A DNA stretch of 62,080 nucleotides from Spirochaetaceae bacterium (GTDB lineage: Bacteria > Spirochaetota > Spirochaetia > DSM-27196 > SLAA01): NCBI GenBank assembly GCA_003552985.1, contig PUPD01000115.1:1-62080 (forward strand), read 5' to 3'. Both the position numbers and the translations under genes were made by a program. Under the pieces are notes generated by a model that saw nothing but the letters and a program-made list of their open reading frames with translations, searched no databases and was not told the origin of the DNA. Shown here piece after piece: positions 9,452-18,760 of this stretch; positions within the stretch are counted from its first letter, which is position 1, and each line of letters begins with the position of its first letter.

Positions 9452-10276
9452 GTGATACCGGCATGCGGGCGTATCCGAGAGCGGATTAAGCCAGGGATCA
9501 ACCCCCTAATTACTGATCAGTTGCAGCATCTTCAGTTCTCAACGCTCAGCCTCACCAGTGGTCAGGAAGTAACGCTGGATACCGGCGAAAGAGAGTTCGC
9601 CGCCGTTCTGATACACGGACAGTGTGAGATCGAGGTTGCGGGCGAAGGGCGCTACACGCTTGGCCCCAGGGAGAATCCGTTCGAACACGGTCCTTACGCA
9701 TACTTCGCAACACGTGAGAATCGGCTCGTCTTCCGAGGTTCTCAACCGTCATTGATCGGCATAGGAAGCGCTCCGGCGCAACAGGCGTACCCTAACAGCT
9801 ACGTCACGCCCGATATGGTCTCAACAGTTGAACGTGGAGCCGACAACTGGACGCGCACGGTACGAATGATATGCTGGTCGACCAACACCGCGGGCAACAT
9901 GTTGCTTGCCGGAGAGACTTGTACACCGTCGGGAAACTGGTCGACCATACCACCGCACCGGCATCAATTCGACATAGAGAACGAAGAGGCCCCCTATGAA
10001 GAAGTTTACTTTTTCCGGTTCTCACGACCACAAGGTTTCGGTCTGACATGGCAGTTCGACGACGACAACATGCTCGACCAGGCGTTCAGCCTACAACCGA
10101 ATGACGTGCTCTACATGGCCGGCGGATATCATCCGGTCGTTTGTGCGCCGGGAGGAACGCTCTACCATCTCTCACTGATGGCGGGGCCGAAGCGAATCTC
10201 GAAGGCACGGGTACACCAAGACTACCGGTTCTTGCTCGAGCAACAGCAATTGCCGAATCAGTATACCCCTCAGTGA
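9452..10276 (+). CDS. IolB/KduI-family isomerase (5-deoxy-glucuronate isomerase-like cupin)
   Basis: IPPHRHQ...EEVYFFRFSRPQGFG...GGYHPVVCAPGGTLYHLSLMAG matches the IolB signature. GTG start with a GGAGG RBS; the listed ORF starts at 9410. Confidence 0.7.
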   Translation: MIPACGRIRERIKPGINPLITDQLQHLQFSTLSLTSGQEVTLDTGEREFAAVLIHGQCEIEVAGEGRYTLGPRENPFEHGPYAYFATRENRLVFRGSQPSLIGIGSAPAQQAYPNSYVTPDMVSTVERGADNWTRTVRMICWSTNTAGNMLLAGETCTPSGNWSTIPPHRHQFDIENEEAPYEEVYFFRFSRPQGFGLTWQFDDDNMLDQAFSLQPNDVLYMAGGYHPVVCAPGGTLYHLSLMAGPKRISKARVHQDYRFLLEQQQLPNQYTPQ

Positions 10277-10292
10277 AACGAGAGGAGCACGC

Positions 10293-12167
10293 ATGCAGTC
10301 TCCCGGAGTCGAACACCATACAGGCCTAACTCTGCCGGCGGTGCACAGTCGCAGGCAAGCAAACATTGAGCTGCACCACGGCGACCTTCCAAAGGTTCAG
10401 GGCGTGCACAGCTACCAGGTAATGCGTGCCCAACGAAACAGCGACGGCGTCGAGAACTGGACTTACAACCATGCTCCAATGCTGGCTTACTGGAATGACC
10501 GGTTCTACCTCCAGTATCTGAGCAATCCCGTCGGCGAGCATATTCCGCCGGGTCGTACCTTGCTCACAGTCTCAACGGACGGTCGCACGTGGAAGCCGGC
10601 TCGGGTTCTCTTCGAGCCACATCACATCGCAGCCGGCGAGTATCCTGGGGTCGATCCGGAGCTTACAAAGAACGACACTCAGGCCGTGATGCATCAACGA
10701 ATGGGGTTTTACGTAGCTCCCAACGGCCGCTTGCTGACACTCGGATTCTATGGAATCTCTCCGCTTGCCGAGCTTCCGCCGTTCGACACACGCGGAATCG
10801 GCCGCGTTGTGAGGGAAATCTTTCCCGATGACACATGGGGGCCGGTGTACTTCATTCATCTCAACACGCAAGCCGGATGGAGTGAGCGCAACGTCTGGTT
10901 GCCCTGGTATCGTCAAAGCGACGATCTCGAGTTCATCCAAGCGTGCGAAGCTTTGCTCGACGACCAGCTTGCCGTGCAGCAATGGTTGGAGGAACACGGG
11001 CCGTCCGACGATCGGATTACGCTCAAAGGACTGTACAAAGCGTTGTCGTATTACAGCCTCCCGGACGGACGCACCGTCGGATTCTGGAAATGGTCGCGTG
11101 CCGGAGTAACTCTCGATCGAGGCGAGACATGGGACACAGTGGGCGAAGTGCCTTCGATTGAGACTGCCGGGGGCAAGATCTGGGGCCAGAGGAGTTCCGA
11201 CGGCCGCTATGTTCTGATCTATAACCCGACCATGAATAATCGTCACCGCTGGCCGCTCGCGCTGACCACCAGTGACGACGGGTTTCAGTTCAGAGACTTG
11301 GCAACTGTGTGCGGCGACGTTTCCCCGCGAAGGTACACTGGCAGTCACAAGGATTTCGGCCTCAACTACGTGCGAGGCATCGTCGAAGGCAACGGGAGTC
11401 CGCCGGACGGCGATGTCTGGGTCACATACTCAATGAACAAGGAAGACATCTGGATCACCAGGATTTCGGTCCCGATAACGACCGAGGCTGCAAGCCACAT
11501 TGATGACGACTTCACGGCCGAAGGACATGAGCAGCTGCTACGAAGATGGTCTATCTTCAGTCCGCGGTTGGCGCCGGTCACCGTGGAATCCGAATCACAG
11601 TCTTCGCCCGTGCATTATCTCTGTATCCGTGATGACGACCCTTACGACTACGCGATGGCGGAGCGAAGCTTTCCGGAATCTACCGCTGTGCGGGTGAGCA
11701 TCGAGCTGGCGGCGGGTAGTTCGAATGCGGGGCGCCTTTTTCTAGAGCTACACGATTCCTGCAGTCGCATTCCCGTCCGCGTTGTGTGGGATTCAGACGG
11801 AAAGGTAAAGATCGACCACTCGAGAGGACTGACGGCAGTGGCGCCGTACCATCGCGAACAGCCGGTGCGGATTACACTGGTCGCCGATGCCGGGCGGAAC
11901 TGCTTTCGACTGTCCATTGACGACCGTCTTACCGGCTCGGGACAGGTCTATAACGGAGAGGACTGGTCACAGCCGCGTTGGTATTTTATTGCTTCGGTTA
12001 AGACGCTGTCACGCGTAGTCCTGCGAACCAAGCCCTTGCATCGTACGCCTACTGTGGACACGCCGCTCGAGCCGCACCAAGATCTTCCGGAGCGCTCTGC
12101 GACGCCCGGACCGGCCGAATTTCGTGTCTTTCGGATCACCACAACCATTCCAACAGAGAAGGTATGA
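10293..12167 (+). CDS. Uncharacterised 624-aa cytoplasmic protein; possible sialidase/BNR-like beta-propeller with a C-terminal beta-sandwich
   Basis: GAGGAG RBS and no signal peptide. Asp-box-like segments are present (STDGRTW, SSDGRY, TSDDGFQF). The fold assignment is tentative. Confidence 0.4.
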   Translation: MQSPGVEHHTGLTLPAVHSRRQANIELHHGDLPKVQGVHSYQVMRAQRNSDGVENWTYNHAPMLAYWNDRFYLQYLSNPVGEHIPPGRTLLTVSTDGRTWKPARVLFEPHHIAAGEYPGVDPELTKNDTQAVMHQRMGFYVAPNGRLLTLGFYGISPLAELPPFDTRGIGRVVREIFPDDTWGPVYFIHLNTQAGWSERNVWLPWYRQSDDLEFIQACEALLDDQLAVQQWLEEHGPSDDRITLKGLYKALSYYSLPDGRTVGFWKWSRAGVTLDRGETWDTVGEVPSIETAGGKIWGQRSSDGRYVLIYNPTMNNRHRWPLALTTSDDGFQFRDLATVCGDVSPRRYTGSHKDFGLNYVRGIVEGNGSPPDGDVWVTYSMNKEDIWITRISVPITTEAASHIDDDFTAEGHEQLLRRWSIFSPRLAPVTVESESQSSPVHYLCIRDDDPYDYAMAERSFPESTAVRVSIELAAGSSNAGRLFLELHDSCSRIPVRVVWDSDGKVKIDHSRGLTAVAPYHREQPVRITLVADAGRNCFRLSIDDRLTGSGQVYNGEDWSQPRWYFIASVKTLSRVVLRTKPLHRTPTVDTPLEPHQDLPERSATPGPAEFRVFRITTTIPTEKV

Positions 12168-13120
12168 CTATGACGGGCTCCTCGCATCGGGACAAGCGAC
12201 CCGCCCATGAGAGCAATACAGCGGCCGGTATCGGCGGAGTCCTTCCGGCTGTAATCACTCCATTACGGCGGGACGACAGGCTCGACGAGCAGGCGTTCGA
12301 GCGACACCTCCGAAACCTGCTGGACGCCGGTGTTCACGGTTTGTTCATCGGGGGCACAGCCGGAGAGGGCCCGTACATCACGCCCGAGGAACGTGCAGAG
12401 CTCTGGCAAGTTGCGACTGCAACGGCAGGAGACGAGATCAGGCTGGTTGTCGCCTTTCTCCAACCTGATACGCGGTCGGTGCTTCGGGCGATGCAGCAGT
12501 TCGCACAAAGGCAGGGTCGTCGCCGGCCGGATTTCGTTTCTGCGATCACTCCCTTGTACTACCCGATGGATCAGACCGCGCTCATTGCCCATTTTGAGGC
12601 TATTGCCGAAGAAGCGCCGGCGCCTCTCATCATCTACAACATTCCGGGGAACACCCACAACCCGTTGACGCTGGACACGTTAATGCAGCTCGGGCGGCAT
12701 CCGCGCATCGCGGGAGTAAAGGAGAGCTCAGGCGATTTCGCCTTGTTCAGTCAGGGAGTGTTGAACTGCGATCGAGCGGAGTTTGCCTGGATACAAGGCA
12801 AAGACCTGCTTGACGGCCCCGCGCTTATGATCGGCGCTCCCGCATTGATTACAGGACTGGGGAATGTCTGGATCGAGCCTTATCTCGAGCTGTATCAGGC
12901 AGCGACCAAGCATGCATGGGACGAGGTCGATCGCTATCAAAGGCTGATAAATGGGTTATCACATGCGCTGCGTTCAGCGGGCGTCTCTCCGCTGTCAGCA
13001 ACCAAGTCGGCCGCTTGCAAGCGCCTAGGGATCGAGCCGGTTTTCCGTGTTCCAGGGCTGGAGCCGGAGCCGCAGCTCATCTCAACGATTTTTCGGCGGG
13101 TAAGCGAGCTCAGCGGGTGA
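12164..13120 (+). CDS. DHDPS / N-acetylneuraminate-lyase family class I aldolase
   Basis: The ATGA start overlaps the preceding stop. GVHGLFIGGTAGEGPYITPEER and the GVKESSG lysine motif are typical of the family. Confidence 0.75.
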   Translation: MTMTGSSHRDKRPAHESNTAAGIGGVLPAVITPLRRDDRLDEQAFERHLRNLLDAGVHGLFIGGTAGEGPYITPEERAELWQVATATAGDEIRLVVAFLQPDTRSVLRAMQQFAQRQGRRRPDFVSAITPLYYPMDQTALIAHFEAIAEEAPAPLIIYNIPGNTHNPLTLDTLMQLGRHPRIAGVKESSGDFALFSQGVLNCDRAEFAWIQGKDLLDGPALMIGAPALITGLGNVWIEPYLELYQAATKHAWDEVDRYQRLINGLSHALRSAGVSPLSATKSAACKRLGIEPVFRVPGLEPEPQLISTIFRRVSELSG

Positions 13121-13127
13121 TACTTCG

Positions 13128-14294
13128 ATGAAGGTAACCGCCGTGACGTCTGTCGGGCTTACCTCCGAGTATATCCGACCGCATACGCATGCGGACTACT
13201 CCGCCAACGGCATGAGAAACTGCGTCTGGACACGAATCGATACCGACGAAGGCGTTCACGGGTGGGGCGAAGCATACTGCGGTTGCTACGCCACAGAGGT
13301 GACGTTGGCGGCGATTAAGAGGCTTGCACGCAGTATCGTCGGGCGCGACCCTCGCAAGCCCGACACGGTACTGAGCGAGATGCGTTTCCGAAACCGTTAC
13401 TGGGCTATGCGCGGTATCGGAGCGCAGTGTACCAGCGCGATCGAAGCCGCCCTTTGGGATATCGCCGGCAAGGTAGCGGGTCAGCCGCTCTGGCGTCTGC
13501 TGGGCGACGGGGCACCGCGACCGGTGCTCCTGTACGCGAGCGCCGGAGAAAGCCATCTGTCTCCGGACGAGGTGTTTAACGAAGTACGCGAGTGCACCGC
13601 TTTGGGCTTTCACGCCTATAAGATTCGCTGCGGCGGCCGGCGCGATGCCTGTGAGCCCGATCTAGAAACCGACCGAAGGAGAGTTGAGGCCGCGCGCGCC
13701 GCGCTCGGCGAGTCCGGGAAGCTCTTCGTTGATATCGCGGTACCGCAGAAGACCTCGCAGTGGGATATTGCACGAGTCGAAGCGTTTTCCCGCGCCTTGT
13801 CGGACCTTGACGTGGGATTCCTGGAAGAGCCGGCAATGACGTACGATGTGATCGGCTATCGCCGTATCCGTGAGCTGGGGCTTATACCTCCTGCAGGTGG
13901 CGAATCATTCTCCTGCCCCGAGGAGTTTACACCGTTTCTGGAAGCGGGCGCTTACGGAGTGGCTCAACCGGACGCGGCGGTCTGCGGTGGGCCGGCGAGC
14001 TGCACCAAAGTTATTCAGCAAGCGGCCCGGCGGAGTGTTCCTGTCGCGATTCACGCCTGGTCAGCCGGAGTTGGGCTCGCCCAGAACATACATGCAGCGT
14101 GCAGCTGTGAGGGGGTTACGGTGATGGAGTGGCCGATGTCGCATCACCCACTCGCCGAACTGCCATTGCGGAATATGTGGGACTTTCGAGACGGGATGCT
14201 GCACCCGCCTGAAGCACCCGGCCTCGGGGTGAGCATAGATGACCAGTTGCTGAGCGCTTATCCTTTGCAACAGGACGAGGAGCGTGACTTTTGA
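13128..14294 (+). CDS. Enolase-superfamily enzyme (mandelate racemase / muconate lactonising family; acid-sugar dehydratase-like)
   Basis: N-terminal capping domain (DEGVHGWGEA), the AIEAALWDIAGK motif, and a barrel domain with metal ligands (VDIAV..., LEEP...). Confidence 0.8.
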   Translation: MKVTAVTSVGLTSEYIRPHTHADYSANGMRNCVWTRIDTDEGVHGWGEAYCGCYATEVTLAAIKRLARSIVGRDPRKPDTVLSEMRFRNRYWAMRGIGAQCTSAIEAALWDIAGKVAGQPLWRLLGDGAPRPVLLYASAGESHLSPDEVFNEVRECTALGFHAYKIRCGGRRDACEPDLETDRRRVEAARAALGESGKLFVDIAVPQKTSQWDIARVEAFSRALSDLDVGFLEEPAMTYDVIGYRRIRELGLIPPAGGESFSCPEEFTPFLEAGAYGVAQPDAAVCGGPASCTKVIQQAARRSVPVAIHAWSAGVGLAQNIHAACSCEGVTVMEWPMSHHPLAELPLRNMWDFRDGMLHPPEAPGLGVSIDDQLLSAYPLQQDEERDF

Positions 14295-15211
14295 CACTGT
14301 CACGGTTGCTTGTGACGCTTACCACTACCGATGAGGATCGTCGCTATCTGCGAGAGCGCCTTCCGGAGGTAGCGGTTCGATTTCTCGGGGCCGCGAAGCC
14401 GAGCCCGGACGACTTGAACTGGGCCGAGGCGGTGCTTGGGAATGTAAAACCCCCCGCGTGCTTGACCGAGTACCCCCGTATTCGCTGGCTCCATTCGCCG
14501 AACGTCGGTCTTGAAGCCTACGACAGCGTGCGCGCGCAGTGTCGCGACCTCGAGATAACGAACACGAAAGGCATAGTTGACGATGCGGTTGCTGAGCATG
14601 CATTGGCGCTGCTTCTCGCTATGACTCGCTCCGTTCCTGTGTTGCTTTCGGCGCAGGCACAGCACCGATGGGATCCGGCGGACTCAGAGGTCTTCCCGCG
14701 CACGACCATCGCCGGCAAGACCGCGCATGTCCTGGGATACGGAGCCATCGCTCGAAACCTCATCGGCAAGTTGGAGGCGTTCGGGATGCGGGTGTCGGTA
14801 TACCGGCGACGCGTCCATGGGAACGACGACCGTGTGAACCGATTTCTCGCTCTGTCGCAGCTCGAGCATACCATCGCGGAAGCCGACGTGGTGTTCGTAT
14901 TGCTGCCGGAGCTCAAGGAAACCGCAGGCCTGATCAACGGACGTATTTTGCAGGCAATGCGCGAAACCGCGTATCTCGTCAATGTCGGCCGCGGAAGCAC
15001 GATAGACGAACGCGCACTGACAACCGCCCTAGAGAGACGCAGCCTGCGCGGAGCAGCGTTGGATGTGTTCACCTCTGAGCCTTTACCGGGAGCGTCACCG
15101 CTCTGGCACCTCCCCAATGCGTTAATATCACCACACGTTGCGAGCCGGTTTGACCGGCTTGTTCGGCGACAGATCGAAAGCTTCGTAGAGCGTTGGAAGC
15201 AGCTGGAGTAA
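14291..15211 (+). CDS. D-isomer-specific 2-hydroxyacid dehydrogenase, NAD-binding
   Basis: The start overlaps the preceding stop. GYGAIARNL (Rossmann fold), GRGSTIDERAL and ISPHVAS are family motifs. Confidence 0.75.
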   Translation: MTLSRLLVTLTTTDEDRRYLRERLPEVAVRFLGAAKPSPDDLNWAEAVLGNVKPPACLTEYPRIRWLHSPNVGLEAYDSVRAQCRDLEITNTKGIVDDAVAEHALALLLAMTRSVPVLLSAQAQHRWDPADSEVFPRTTIAGKTAHVLGYGAIARNLIGKLEAFGMRVSVYRRRVHGNDDRVNRFLALSQLEHTIAEADVVFVLLPELKETAGLINGRILQAMRETAYLVNVGRGSTIDERALTTALERRSLRGAALDVFTSEPLPGASPLWHLPNALISPHVASRFDRLVRRQIESFVERWKQLE

Positions 15212-15225
15212 ACCGGAGCGTTAAG

Positions 15226-16149
15226 ATGAACCATGTTCGCGAAACCAACATACTGAAAGGCATTTGGCCGCCGATCCTACTCGAAACCGGTCCTGACGGC
15301 CGCGTGCGGCTTGATGCGGTCTCGGCTGCGGTCGAGTACTTCGCCGAAAAGGGTGTGCATGGTGTCTATACAGCTGACACCGCCAGCGAGTTTTACACCC
15401 TGGAATTCGACGAATGGGAAGCACTCGCTACCCACTTCCGGGCGGTAACCCTGGAGGCCAACCTCCCCGCCGGCATCGGGTGCACCTGGACGAATCAAGC
15501 CGGGATTGTACGGCGGATCGAGAGAGCACGCGCTCTCAAGTTCGACAACGTTCATCTTTCGCCGCCGTACTGGCTTCCGTTGAACCGGCCGGCCGAGGAG
15601 AAGTTTTGGTCGGCGGTGGCGCTTGTCGCCGGCGATCTCCCGATCGTTGTGTACGCCGGCAGCCGGGGGCAGTACGAGCTGACAGGCGAGGTGTTACAGC
15701 GAATTCGGCGTTCATGTCCGGCGATCGCGGCAACGAAGTCTCTCGGGTTCAATGCCGTAGCCATGAACAGTCTGTTTGTCCAAAGTCCCGACTGCTCTCA
15801 CTTCGTACACGATCAGGTGCTGTCGCTGTGGGGCGGATTGGGGGCGGCCGGTTCGTTCTCGAACCTCGCGTGCCTCTGCCCGGCCGCGATTCTGGAGCTG
15901 TACCATGCAGTGACCAACCGACGATGGGATGACGCCTTCGCGTTGCAGCGACGCATCAACGCCTTCTACCAACACGGTGCCGTGCCAATTCGAGAGGCAG
16001 GGTACATGCTTGACAAAGCCTTGGCCGCGCTCGGCGGCGTACCCGGAATCACCCGCGAGATGCGCGCTCCGTACTGCGCAGTTCCCGACGAGCTGTATCA
16101 CACGCTTTGCGATGCGGCCCGCCGGTACCTTCCGGAGTGCGGATTATAA
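15226..16149 (+). CDS. Divergent DHDPS/NAL-family protein
   Basis: The start is set at MNHVRE with a GGAG RBS. The family layout is kept (GVHGVY..., ATKSLG lysine region), but the usual GTTGE motif is replaced by DTASE. Confidence 0.6.
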   Translation: MNHVRETNILKGIWPPILLETGPDGRVRLDAVSAAVEYFAEKGVHGVYTADTASEFYTLEFDEWEALATHFRAVTLEANLPAGIGCTWTNQAGIVRRIERARALKFDNVHLSPPYWLPLNRPAEEKFWSAVALVAGDLPIVVYAGSRGQYELTGEVLQRIRRSCPAIAATKSLGFNAVAMNSLFVQSPDCSHFVHDQVLSLWGGLGAAGSFSNLACLCPAAILELYHAVTNRRWDDAFALQRRINAFYQHGAVPIREAGYMLDKALAALGGVPGITREMRAPYCAVPDELYHTLCDAARRYLPECGL

Positions 16150-16312
16150 GTAGGAAGCCGTCGAACCGGACGGTCACTCGCAGCATGACGCCTATCGTGG
16201 GTTCCATCGCTAACTCTCTTGCGACTTTAGTACAGATTCAGCCCCGCATTTTGTGCCGCCGGCCGCGTTCCCTCCTTTCTCGATCGAAAGCCTGCAGAGA
16301 GCAAAACTTTGC

Positions 16313-16342
16313 TTGACACGAGTTTCGATCAGGGCTCATAAT
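16313..16342 (+). promoter_or_regulatory. Putative sigma70 promoter of the SBP gene (TTGACA-18 nt-CATAAT)
   Basis: A perfect -35 at 16313-16318 and a -10 at 16337-16342. This implies a 5' leader of about 150 nt. Confidence 0.5.
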
Positions 16343-16353
16343 AGGTACGACAT

Positions 16354-16367
16354 ACGACATATGAACG
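16354..16367 (+). promoter_or_regulatory. Motif copy 3: ACGACATATGAACG (putative operator just downstream of the -10)
   Basis: It has the GACATATGA core and lies 12 nt after the putative -10. Confidence 0.45.
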
Positions 16368-16497
16368 ACCTTCGCGGTCGCGTATTGGGGTTGTAAGTTG
16401 TAGTTCGAGGAGGTGCCGATGACGTAATGCTGACCCTTGCTGGGCCGAATTGAAATCAAATGCCGGATACGGTAGGACAAATCAAGGAGGAGGGTTT

Positions 16498-18546
16498 ATG
16501 AAAAAAATCACACGGCTAACCATATGTGCGGTGGTCATCCTGCTCGCCGCGACGCTGGCATTCGCCCGGGGCGCGCCTGAGGAGCCTGAGCCGGAAGAGG
16601 CGCCTACAGTCCTCGATGACCCCGCCGCGTGGAGAGGATCAGGTGTTGTCACGCTGTACGCCGATATCGACGCGTACGTGCAACAGGGAGGTGAGGCGAT
16701 AACCGAGTTCTCGGAATCACCGATGCTGCAGGAGCTGGTTCAGCGAGGAGAGCTGCCACCTGTGGAAGAGCGCGTACCGGCCCAGCCGCTCGTGGTCGCC
16801 CCGACCGATAGGGTCGGGACATTCGGCGGCGAGTTTCAGGATCCGCACCTCGGTGAAGAAGATAACTGGGAAGATGCTTTTCGCGAAATGCCGCTCACCT
16901 TTGATGCCACGTTGCAGGAGGTTGTCCCCAACATAATCCGCGACTGGGAAGTGCAGGACGACGGGCACGTGATCGAATTCTATCTCCGCGAAGGAATGAA
17001 GTGGAGCGACGGTCATCCGTTCACCGCAGACGATTTCGTTTTCTACTCGGAAGACTACGCCTGGAACACGGATCTCAACCCCGCCGGTATCCGCGATATG
17101 CGTATTGCCGGAGAAATGGGATACTTCGAAAAGGTTGATGACTACACCTTCCGGGCCGTTTTCGAGCATATGCCGAATGCCAGTTTCGTAGAACGCCTGG
17201 CGTGGGGATGGCGGCCGTACTATCCCAAGCACTACCTCAGCCAGTTCCACTCGGAATACGTCTCGCGCTCCGAGATCGACCGGCTGGTGGACGAAGGCGG
17301 ATACGCATCCTGGGTCGACATGTTCGAGGCGAAGGCGGAGAAGATGGAGAACCCGGATCTTCCTGTGATTAACGCCTGGAAGCTCGAGTCCGGCCGTATC
17401 GACGATGCAGTACAGCGTTTTGTCCGTAACCCATACTACTGGAAGGTCGACGTGGCGGGCAACCAGCTGCCCTACGTAGACACCGGCGCGCGCTACAATA
17501 TCGGTGACAGCATTGAGGCAATGGTCCTCCGAGCGATGGCCGGCGAGGCGGACTTCCATGATGCTGAACAGCTCGGCGGCGTTGCAAACTACGCTGTTTT
17601 GAGGCAACACGAGCAGGACGGTGGCTATCGCATTCTGCCGATGGTCGAACGCGGAACGCAAGCGTATGGGGCGATTTTCTTTAACTTCTCGCACCAGAAT
17701 ACCGAGTTCCGTGACCTGTTCCTAGAGCGCGATTTCCGTTTGGCCCTTTCGACGGCGATGAACAATCCGGCGATGAACCGGCTGTTCATGGAAGGAACTT
17801 ACCACGAACGGCAGGGATACGCGCCTCCGGCGGGCTCTCCGTTCAACGGCGAGCGAGCAATCTTCGCGGAAGGAATGAACTACGACCTCGACGCGGCAAA
17901 CGAGCTTCTCGACGGTCTTGGTCTCGAATGGAATTCCGCCCGAACGCGCCGGGTCACCGACGGCGGGGAGGAACTGCGCTTCACATTCCTGGTACGCCCC
18001 CGGGATCCGAATTTTGTACCGATTGCGGAAATGATCAAAGAAGACTGGGCTGAGATCGGTGTCGATATTACGATTCGCCCGGTCGGCGGCGGAACTTGGG
18101 GAGAGCTCACGGAATCGCGCCAACACGATATCGCCATGGATCAGTGGGGGTTGGGAGGCGCTCGCTACCCCGATATCCCGGTGTTCCGCGATCTCGCGCC
18201 TCGCGACGACGGCTGGAAGGCCGAGCCGCAATGGGGCCTTTGGGCGATTACCGGTGGCGAGCTGGGAGTTGAACCGCCCGAACCGCATCGCAGTAACATG
18301 CTGCGTCTAATGGAGCTCCAGGCCGAAGGCTTGGCGGCACCAACCCGCGCGGATCGTCAAGCGGCCGAACGTGAGATGTTCGATTGGCATGCCGAGCACA
18401 TGTACTGGCTGACGGCGCTCAATCGACCTGCTGATCACGCGCAGTCTAACTGGTTCTACTTCCACAACCGCGTCCGGAACGTAACGGAACCACCTCCGCG
18501 TGAGAATTACTACGGCGTGCCGTCGCAGTGGTATCTCGATCGCTGA
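16498..18546 (+). CDS. ABC transporter substrate-binding protein, family 5 (Opp/Dpp/oligosaccharide type), exported
   Basis: AGGAGG RBS and an N-terminal signal/lipoprotein-like sequence (MKKITRLTICAVVILLAATLAFA). Its size of about 680 aa and its pattern are typical of family-5 SBPs. Confidence 0.8.
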   Translation: MKKITRLTICAVVILLAATLAFARGAPEEPEPEEAPTVLDDPAAWRGSGVVTLYADIDAYVQQGGEAITEFSESPMLQELVQRGELPPVEERVPAQPLVVAPTDRVGTFGGEFQDPHLGEEDNWEDAFREMPLTFDATLQEVVPNIIRDWEVQDDGHVIEFYLREGMKWSDGHPFTADDFVFYSEDYAWNTDLNPAGIRDMRIAGEMGYFEKVDDYTFRAVFEHMPNASFVERLAWGWRPYYPKHYLSQFHSEYVSRSEIDRLVDEGGYASWVDMFEAKAEKMENPDLPVINAWKLESGRIDDAVQRFVRNPYYWKVDVAGNQLPYVDTGARYNIGDSIEAMVLRAMAGEADFHDAEQLGGVANYAVLRQHEQDGGYRILPMVERGTQAYGAIFFNFSHQNTEFRDLFLERDFRLALSTAMNNPAMNRLFMEGTYHERQGYAPPAGSPFNGERAIFAEGMNYDLDAANELLDGLGLEWNSARTRRVTDGGEELRFTFLVRPRDPNFVPIAEMIKEDWAEIGVDITIRPVGGGTWGELTESRQHDIAMDQWGLGGARYPDIPVFRDLAPRDDGWKAEPQWGLWAITGGELGVEPPEPHRSNMLRLMELQAEGLAAPTRADRQAAEREMFDWHAEHMYWLTALNRPADHAQSNWFYFHNRVRNVTEPPPRENYYGVPSQWYLDR

Positions 18547-18630
18547 GCACGCTCCTGATCCTGAAGACACCGGCCCCGCCCGCTGCAGGTGGTGCTAGAG
18601 TTTCGGCCGGTGGCCACTAAAGTACAAGCG

Positions 18631-18665
18631 CCCCGATCCGCATAGTTTCGGATCGGGGTTTTTTT
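18631..18665 (+). terminator. Rho-independent terminator after the SBP gene
   Basis: A 10-bp perfect stem (ccccgatccg / cggatcgggg), an 8-nt loop, then a T7 run. Confidence 0.65.
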
Positions 18666-18760
18666 GTGTAGATTACTTATTCGCGCGACTGGTTTCGGGG
18701 GGCTAGCTGGTCTCCCGCAGGCAGGTTACACAGCCGGCTGGAAAAGTTCTGATTTATGTG

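Noticed and set aside
16419-16453. Mini-ORFs in the long SBP leader: ATG-ACG-TAA behind a GAGGAGG site, overlapping a second 8-codon ORF.
   Set aside because: They could be a leader-peptide or attenuation device. With a single occurrence, no conserved structure that I can see and no comparative data, they cannot be told apart from chance.
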